A stretch of 32,000 nt of DNA from Mycobacterium tuberculosis H37Rv (GTDB lineage: Bacteria > Actinomycetota > Actinomycetes > Mycobacteriales > Mycobacteriaceae), in NCBI RefSeq assembly GCF_000195955.2, contig NC_000962.3, positions 1,590,001-1,622,000 of the forward strand. The letters are read 5' to 3'. Shown here piece after piece: positions 24,329 to 32,000 of the stretch. The notes below the pieces were generated by a model that saw only the letters and a program-made list of their open reading frames with translations, ran no database searches and was not told where the DNA came from. The number at the start of each line of letters is the position of its first letter. The stretch's first letter is position 1. Made by a program: the position numbers and the translations under genes.

Positions 24329-25567
24329 ATGAGCGTTGCAAACCTCAAGGATCTACTCGCCGAAGGTGTTTCGGGGCGTGGAGTGCTGGTGCGCTCCGAT
24401 CTCAACGTTCCGCTCGACGAGGACGGCACCATTACCGATGCGGGCCGCATCATCGCGTCGGCGCCGACGTTGAAGGCGTTGCTCGACGCCGACGCCAAGG
24501 TGGTGGTTGCCGCGCACTTGGGACGTCCCAAGGACGGGCCGGACCCGACACTGTCGCTGGCGCCGGTCGCCGTGGCGCTGGGTGAGCAACTCGGCCGGCA
24601 CGTCCAGCTGGCTGGAGACGTTGTCGGCGCCGATGCGCTGGCCCGCGCCGAGGGGCTCACCGGCGGCGACATCCTGCTGCTGGAGAACATCCGCTTCGAC
24701 AAACGCGAAACCAGCAAGAACGATGACGACCGGCGGGCACTGGCCAAGCAGCTGGTCGAACTGGTCGGAACGGGAGGCGTTTTCGTCTCCGACGGCTTTG
24801 GGGTGGTGCACCGCAAGCAAGCCTCGGTCTATGACATCGCAACCCTGTTGCCGCACTACGCCGGCACGCTGGTCGCCGACGAGATGCGGGTACTGGAGCA
24901 GTTGACCAGCTCGACCCAGCGGCCCTATGCGGTAGTGCTCGGCGGATCAAAGGTGTCCGACAAGCTGGGTGTCATCGAGTCGCTGGCGACCAAGGCGGAC
25001 AGCATTGTGATTGGCGGCGGAATGTGCTTCACATTCCTTGCTGCACAGGGATTTTCGGTTGGCACATCGCTGCTGGAAGACGACATGATCGAAGTCTGTC
25101 GCGGGCTGCTGGAAACCTATCACGACGTGTTGCGGCTGCCCGTGGATCTAGTGGTCACGGAGAAGTTCGCCGCCGACTCGCCGCCCCAGACGGTCGACGT
25201 CGGCGCTGTGCCCAATGGCTTGATGGGCCTGGATATCGGGCCGGGATCGATCAAACGGTTCAGCACGCTGCTGTCCAACGCCGGGACCATCTTCTGGAAC
25301 GGGCCGATGGGAGTATTCGAGTTCCCGGCTTATGCGGCCGGCACCAGAGGCGTCGCCGAGGCGATCGTCGCCGCCACCGGCAAAGGGGCGTTTAGTGTGG
25401 TCGGCGGCGGTGACTCCGCGGCCGCAGTGCGCGCGATGAACATCCCCGAGGGCGCCTTCTCACACATATCCACCGGCGGCGGTGCCTCGCTGGAATACCT
25501 TGAGGGCAAGACGCTTCCCGGCATCGAGGTACTGAGCCGTGAGCAGCCAACCGGAGGAGTTTTGTGA
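24329..25567 (+). CDS. pgk: Phosphoglycerate kinase (Rv1437)
   Basis: 412-aa ORF, 2 nt after the gap stop. PGK N-terminal signature ([12 protein letters not shown]) and C-terminal [18 protein letters not shown]. Confidence 0.98.
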
Positions 25568-26349
25568 GCCGCAAGCCGCTGATAGCCGGCAACTGGAAGA
25601 TGAACCTCAACCACTACGAGGCGATCGCGCTGGTGCAAAAGATCGCGTTCTCGTTGCCGGACAAGTATTACGACCGGGTTGACGTCGCGGTGATCCCGCC
25701 GTTTACCGACCTGCGCAGCGTGCAAACCCTGGTCGACGGCGACAAGCTGCGGTTGACCTATGGTGCACAAGACTTGTCACCACATGACTCCGGTGCCTAT
25801 ACGGGTGACGTCAGCGGCGCCTTTCTGGCCAAGTTGGGGTGCAGTTACGTTGTCGTCGGGCACTCCGAGCGGCGCACCTATCACAACGAGGATGACGCGC
25901 TGGTGGCCGCCAAAGCCGCCACCGCACTCAAGCATGGCTTGACCCCAATCGTGTGTATTGGCGAGCACCTCGACGTCCGCGAGGCGGGAAATCATGTGGC
26001 CCACAACATCGAACAGTTGCGTGGATCGCTGGCCGGGCTATTGGCCGAGCAGATCGGCAGCGTCGTCATCGCCTACGAACCGGTCTGGGCGATCGGCACC
26101 GGGCGGGTGGCCAGCGCCGCCGACGCCCAGGAGGTGTGTGCGGCGATCCGAAAAGAGTTGGCCTCGTTGGCCTCGCCGAGGATTGCCGATACGGTGCGGG
26201 TGCTCTACGGCGGCTCGGTGAACGCCAAAAACGTCGGCGACATCGTGGCCCAGGATGACGTCGATGGTGGCCTGGTCGGCGGGGCGTCGCTGGACGGGGA
26301 GCATTTCGCGACGCTGGCCGCGATTGCGGCCGGTGGTCCGTTGCCGTAG
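25564..26349 (+). CDS. tpiA: Triosephosphate isomerase (Rv1438)
   Basis: 261-aa ORF. The GTG overlaps the pgk stop (GTGA). Signatures: [27 protein letters not shown]. Confidence 0.98.
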
Positions 26350-26364
26350 CGGATCGCGGGCGTG

Positions 26365-26953
26365 CTACACCCGTAGACCTTCGAGTAGGGCCATAAATGC
26401 GCGTTCGACCTCGACTCTGGTCCGGTCTTTGTCCGTCGCGTCCGCGATCTGCAGCGCGGATTCGGTTAGCGCGGCCAGCAGCAGATGCGAAAGTGGTGGC
26501 AACGGTACGCGCTGAATCACCCCGGCGGCCATCCCGCGTTCGAGAGCCCCGACCAGCAGACCAAGCCCTAGCGCATGTCGATCCGGCGCCATTCGCCCCA
26601 CCCGAGCACTGACGGGCCGTCAATCGCAATGACCTGCAGCGCATCCGGTTTGGTCGCCGCGTCAAGGAAGGCGTGGAAGCCGACGACCAGCAGATCCAGG
26701 CGTCGGTGACCTTCGCTATGGCGGCTTCGACGTCGGCGACCAGGTCGGCTTCGACAACCTCGAGTACCGTCTGGAACAGATCTTTCTTGCTGTCGAAGTG
26801 GTAGTCCAGGGCGCCACGGGTGACTCGGGCACGGGTGACGATGTCTTCGATCGAGACGTCACCATAGTCGCGCCGCGCGAATAGGTAACGGCCAGCGTCG
26901 ACGAGGGCTCGACGCGTCGCGTCCGTGTGGTCCGAGCGCCTGCTGGCCGTCAT
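26365..26953 (-). pseudogene. TetR/AcrR-family transcriptional regulator disrupted by two frameshifts
   Basis: Frame A (from ATG 26953) gives 86 aa of a typical TetR HTH domain, then nonsense. Frame B (-1, from about 26699) gives LDLLVVGFHAFLDAATKPDALQVIAIDGPSVLGWGEWRRID, then TAG at 26568-26570. Frame C (-1 again, from about 26580) gives RHALGLGLLVGALERGMAAGVIQ...AFMALLEGLRV, stop at 26365-26367. The three pieces sum to about 198 aa, a normal TetR length. Confidence 0.8.
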
Positions 26954-26960
26954 TTCGACG

Positions 26961-27386
26961 TCAAGCCCGGCTTCGCATGGTTGTCAACCAGCCACGCCAG
27001 GCCGACGGATGCTTGACTACCTTGATCAACAGTGGGAGCGAGTCGAAATAGCTCACGCGTTCTACGGCCTTGTCGCCACGCAGCAGGAACCGATCGACGA
27101 CTGGCCACTCGACGACCTCGCTGCCGAGCCGTGCTATCAGCCGGAACTCGATGAACACCACGTCGCCTGCTTGGCTCCACCGGTCAACTTCCCCGTGCAG
27201 GTCAGGCAGCAAACCCAGAATCCGAGTGAACTCCCGCTGGGCCGCCCCCAGGCCGTGCCTCGGCGGTGACAGTGGCCGTACCAGGACTACGTCGGGATGA
27301 AGGTGATCGGTCAGTCTATCCGGCGACGGCGCCTTCCAGAAGTCGGCGAACCCTTCGACGAATGCGTTGGATGCGCTCATCTGCAT
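26961..27386 (-). CDS. Small NTF2/SnoaL-like fold protein (Rv1439c)
   Basis: 141-aa ORF, 7 nt upstream of the TetR pseudogene start on the same strand. Its size and N-terminal pattern (NAFVEGFADFW...) fit SnoaL-like proteins. The functional call is tentative. A second ATG at 27380 is an alternative start. Confidence 0.8.
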   Translation of the reverse strand: MQMSASNAFVEGFADFWKAPSPDRLTDHLHPDVVLVRPLSPPRHGLGAAQREFTRILGLLPDLHGEVDRWSQAGDVVFIEFRLIARLGSEVVEWPVVDRFLLRGDKAVERVSYFDSLPLLIKVVKHPSAWRGWLTTMRSRA

Positions 27387-27836
27387 GGCCCTTTCGGTGT
27401 TTGTTCGCTCGACAGTCTTACTGCGTAAGCCTGGGGGCGAATTCAGCGGACATCGTTGCTTATCGGTAGGAAGCTACGGCCGTCACAGTGGTCTCAGCAG
27501 CGGGGGAATACACATTTTGCCCGCCCCGGCGCGACAACTCGGTTGAAGTCATGCCCGGATCGGCATGTTTGGCCACGAACGGAATCGCGACAGCGCCACG
27601 GCGTCGAGCCTCGCCATGCACCTAGCCGGCGCCTTTGAACTCGTGAGCGGACCGAAGTGGACCGCCTGTCGCTTCGAGGCGGGCACAGTGCGTATTCCCT
27701 CGCAAGGGAAGCGCCGGTGGCAGGCGTGACAGCCGCGGTCAGTGCACGCCTCAAAGCCGATGAGGCGCGACGGCCTGGGTTCTACGCGGCAGGCAGCGGT
27801 CCGCTGCCGCAGGTTCGGGGGAGTACGCTACCCGTC

Positions 27837-28070
27837 ATGGAATTGGCCCTGCAGATCACGCTGATCGTCACGAGCGTGCTGGTGGTGTTGTTAGTACTGC
27901 TGCACCGGGCCAAGGGTGGCGGGCTATCGACACTGTTCGGCGGTGGTGTGCAGTCAAGCCTGTCCGGCTCGACGGTGGTGGAGAAGAACCTGGACCGGTT
28001 GACGCTGTTCGTTACCGGCATCTGGCTGGTGTCCATCATCGGCGTGGCGTTGCTCATCAAATACCGCTAG
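27837..28070 (+). CDS. secG: Preprotein translocase subunit SecG (Rv1440)
   Basis: The ATG at 27837 gives 77 aa with two TM helices and the Gly-rich loop (HRAKGGGLSTLFGGG) typical of SecG. The upstream 60 codons of the 137-aa track ORF are not SecG-like. Confidence 0.93.
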   Translation: MELALQITLIVTSVLVVLLVLLHRAKGGGLSTLFGGGVQSSLSGSTVVEKNLDRLTLFVTGIWLVSIIGVALLIKYR

Positions 28071-28074
28071 CGCT

Positions 28075-28092
28075 GGTCGGCTACCGCCGACC
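28075..28092 (+). terminator. Stem-loop just after the secG stop; candidate terminator
   Basis: GGTCGGC-TACC-GCCGACC (7-bp stem, 4-nt loop) starting 5 nt after the TAG at 28068-28070. No U-tract. Confidence 0.3.
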
Positions 28093-28208
28093 GGACCGGG
28101 GGAAGCGGTAGCTCATTGCCGATTACGACTTGGTGCAGCGCAGGATTCTGCTGACCATGACCGGGCTGGCCAGCGCGCTCAGAAACAGTGGTTAGTCGGC
28201 CTGACCGG

Positions 28209-29684
<1,476 letters not shown>

Positions 29685-29790
29685 CGCTGCAGTCTAAAAC
29701 CTGGTGCCATCGTTGCGACGCAAAACAATCGACATGCTTACCATTTCTGAGCTCAACTAGCTGCTAGGTTGCCGCACTAGACTGCTGCAA

Positions 29791-32000
29791 ATGCAGGTCT
29801 ATACGTCGGCAACGCACTGGGGCGTGTTCACCGCTCGGGTGCACGGCGGCGACATTGCGGCCGTGGCCGCGCTCGCCAGTGACACCAACCCGGCTCCGCA
29901 GCTGCAAAACCTGCCCGGCGCGGTACGTCACCGCAGCCGCATCGCCAACCCCGCCGTACGGCGCGGATGGCTGCAGCATGGCCCGGGGCCCAGCTCGGCT
30001 CGCGGCGCCGAAGAGTTCGTGGAGGTCAGCTGGGACGAGTTGATCGAGCTGCTGGCTTCCGAGCTGCGCCGTACCGTCGACCGCTACGGCAACGAGGCGA
30101 TCTATGGCAGCTCCTACGGCTGGGCCAGCGCCGGACGGTTCCACCACGCGCAAAGCCAGGTGCACCGGTTCCTCAACATGCTCGGCGGGTACACCGCATC
30201 CCGGCACAGCTACAGCGCCGGCGCGTCCGAAGTGATCTTCCCGCATATCGTCGGCGCGGCCCTGTTCGAAGCCCTGGCCGAGACCACGACCTGGGATGTC
30301 ATCGTCGACCACACCGCGCTGTTGGTGGCGTTCGGCGGATTGCCGGTGAAGAACACCGCGGTGATGCCCGGCGGTACCACCGCTCATCCGGACCGCGACT
30401 ACGTCGGCCGGTACCGGGCTCGCGGCGGTCGGCTGGTGTCGGTCAGCCCGCTACGTGACGACATCGCCGCGATCGCCGGTCCGCTCGACGATCGATGTCG
30501 CTGGCTTGCGCCGGTGCCTGGCACCGATGTGGCGATCATGCTCGGGCTGGCATACGTGCTGGCCACCGAGTCGCTGGCCGATCGCGCGTTCCTTGGCAGG
30601 TATTGCACCGGCTACGAACGCTTCGAGCGCTACCTGCTGGGCCTGGATGATGGGATTCCCAAGACACCCGAATGGGCCGCCGCGCTGTCCGGGCTCGCCG
30701 CCGGCGATCTGCGAGATCTGGCCCGCCGGATGGCCGAGCACCGGACTCTGATCACCACCAGTCTGTCGTTACAGCGGATAGAGCACGGCGAGCAGACCGT
30801 GTGGATGGCCGCGACCCTAGCGGCGATGCTGGGCCAGATCGGGCTTCCCGGAGGGGGTTTCGGTCACGGCTACAGCAGCAACGGCGTCGGCAACCCGCCG
30901 TTGGCGTGCGGCCTGCCGGCATTGCCGCAAGGCAACAATCCGGTGTCGACGTTCATTCCGGTGGCGGCGATCAGTGAGCTGCTGCAGCGGCCCGGCCAGC
31001 GGCTGGCCTACAACGGCCGATTGCTGGAGCTGCCCGACATCAAGTGCGTCTACTGGGCCGGTGGAAATCCGTTCCACCACCACCAGAACCTGCCGCGGCT
31101 GCGTCGTGCACTGTCTCGGGTAGACACGATCGTGGTACACGAACAGTATTGGACCGCGATGGCCAAACACGCCGACATTGTGGTGCCAACCACCACCAGT
31201 TTCGAGCGCGACGACTTCGCCGCCAGCAAGACCAATCCCACCTTGATCGCAATGCCTGCGATGGTGCCGCCGTATGCCAACGCCCGCGACGACTACCACA
31301 CGTTCTCCGCGTTGGCCCACCGGCTGGGGTTCGGCAAGCAATTCACCGAGGGCCGCAGCGCGCGCGAGTGGCTCGAGCACATGTACGACAAGTGGTCGGC
31401 CGAGCTGGATTTCCCGGTGCCGTCATTCGCCGAATTCTGGCGGACCGGCCGGCTGGAACTACCGACCAGAACCGGTTTGACGTGGCTTGCCGATTTCCGG
31501 GCCGACCCGGCGGCCCATCCGTTGGGGACACCCAGCGGGCGGATCGAGATCTTCTCGGACACGGTCGACGCGTTTGCCTTGCCGGACTGTGCCGGGCACC
31601 CCACCTGGTATGAACCGTCCGAATGGCTAGGCGGGCCGCGGGCCGCGCGCTACCCGCTGCATCTGATCGCCAACCAGCCGCGGACCCGACTGCACAGCCA
31701 GCTCGATCACGGCGGCGCCAGCATGGCATCGAAAATCCGTGGACGAGAACCGATCCGGATTCACCCGGATGACGCCGCGGCCCGTGAGCTTACTGACGGC
31801 GACATCGTGCGCGTGTTCAACGACCGCGGCGCCTGCCTGGCGGGTGTGGTGATCGACGACGGGCTACGGCCCAAGGTGGTGCAACTGTCCACCGGTGCGT
31901 GGTTCGATCCCGCCGATCCGCGCGACCCGGACTCGATGTGTGTGCACGGCAATCCCAATGCGCTGAGCAACGATTCCGGCACGTCGTCACTGGCCCACGG
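29791..32000 (+). CDS. bisC: Molybdopterin-dependent biotin sulfoxide / S- or N-oxide reductase BisC (Rv1442), 3'-truncated by the window edge
   Basis: Frame 1 is open from ATG 29791 to the window end (hand translated). It is absent from the track because it has no in-window stop. DMSO-reductase-family blocks are present: SSYGWASAGRFHHAQSQVHRFLN, SLSLQRIEHGEQTVWM, YWAGGNPFHHHQNL, HLIANQPRTRLHSQLDHG, VHGNPNALSNDSGTSSLAHG. Confidence 0.93.
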   Translation, partial: MQVYTSATHWGVFTARVHGGDIAAVAALASDTNPAPQLQNLPGAVRHRSRIANPAVRRGWLQHGPGPSSARGAEEFVEVSWDELIELLASELRRTVDRYGNEAIYGSSYGWASAGRFHHAQSQVHRFLNMLGGYTASRHSYSAGASEVIFPHIVGAALFEALAETTTWDVIVDHTALLVAFGGLPVKNTAVMPGGTTAHPDRDYVGRYRARGGRLVSVSPLRDDIAAIAGPLDDRCRWLAPVPGTDVAIMLGLAYVLATESLADRAFLGRYCTGYERFERYLLGLDDGIPKTPEWAAALSGLAAGDLRDLARRMAEHRTLITTSLSLQRIEHGEQTVWMAATLAAMLGQIGLPGGGFGHGYSSNGVGNPPLACGLPALPQGNNPVSTFIPVAAISELLQRPGQRLAYNGRLLELPDIKCVYWAGGNPFHHHQNLPRLRRALSRVDTIVVHEQYWTAMAKHADIVVPTTTSFERDDFAASKTNPTLIAMPAMVPPYANARDDYHTFSALAHRLGFGKQFTEGRSAREWLEHMYDKWSAELDFPVPSFAEFWRTGRLELPTRTGLTWLADFRADPAAHPLGTPSGRIEIFSDTVDAFALPDCAGHPTWYEPSEWLGGPRAARYPLHLIANQPRTRLHSQLDHGGASMASKIRGREPIRIHPDDAAARELTDGDIVRVFNDRGACLAGVVIDDGLRPKVVQLSTGAWFDPADPRDPDSMCVHGNPNALSNDSGTSSLAH

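Noticed and set aside
26066-26953. 295-aa minus-strand ORF taken at face value as a protein
   Set aside because: Only the first ~86 aa are TetR-like. The remainder is low-complexity Arg/Pro/Ser sequence running antisense into tpi. It is better explained as a frameshifted pseudogene, with the true continuation in the other two frames.
27657-27836. 60-codon N-terminal extension of secG (137-aa track ORF)
   Set aside because: SecG proteins are ~75-80 aa with two TM helices. The extension is hydrophilic and unlike SecG. ATG 27837 gives the canonical 77-aa protein.

Overview
High-GC actinobacterial chromosome. I recognise it from the protein sequences as Mycobacterium tuberculosis complex, the Rv1414-Rv1442 stretch (from memory about 1.59-1.62 Mb of H37Rv; not verifiable here). 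The backbone is a housekeeping block conserved across Actinobacteria: ribA2-ribH-(small PH-domain membrane protein), uvrC-rapZ/yvcJ-like-cuvA(yvcK)-whiA, gap-pgk-tpi and secG. Many of these genes are joined by 4-nt ATGA/GTGA start/stop overlaps. The backbone is interrupted by lineage-specific material at four places. (i) lprH plus a secreted ricin-type lectin at 2.6-4.0 kb. (ii) A ~14.4 kb envelope/lipid block between whiA and gap at 8.9-23.3 kb. It holds a Cys-rich exported protein, a WS/DGAT triacylglycerol synthase, the operon acyltransferase-fadD12-lipO, a PucR-type regulator, the PE16 esterase, a polytopic membrane protein of unknown function coupled to a CrtI-like flavoenzyme, L,D-transpeptidase LdtMt3, and a Pro/Gly/Val-rich secreted protein containing a 21-bp VNTR. 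(iii) An antisense SnoaL-like gene plus a TetR-family regulator, unlisted as a single ORF and broken by two frameshifts, between tpi and secG. (iv) PE_PGRS26 after secG, followed by the 5' ~96% of bisC, which runs off the window. I found no tRNA/rRNA, CRISPR array, IS element, integrase or prophage genes. I cannot point to a convincing, wholly new system. The most checkable items are the decayed TetR gene, the acyl-lipid operon with a tandem-palindrome candidate operator, the Rv1431-Rv1432 unknown-function module, a 12-bp GC hairpin upstream of PE16, and two divergent genes whose start codons are 3 bp apart. The many long antisense or alternate-frame ORFs in the track are GC-driven artefacts.
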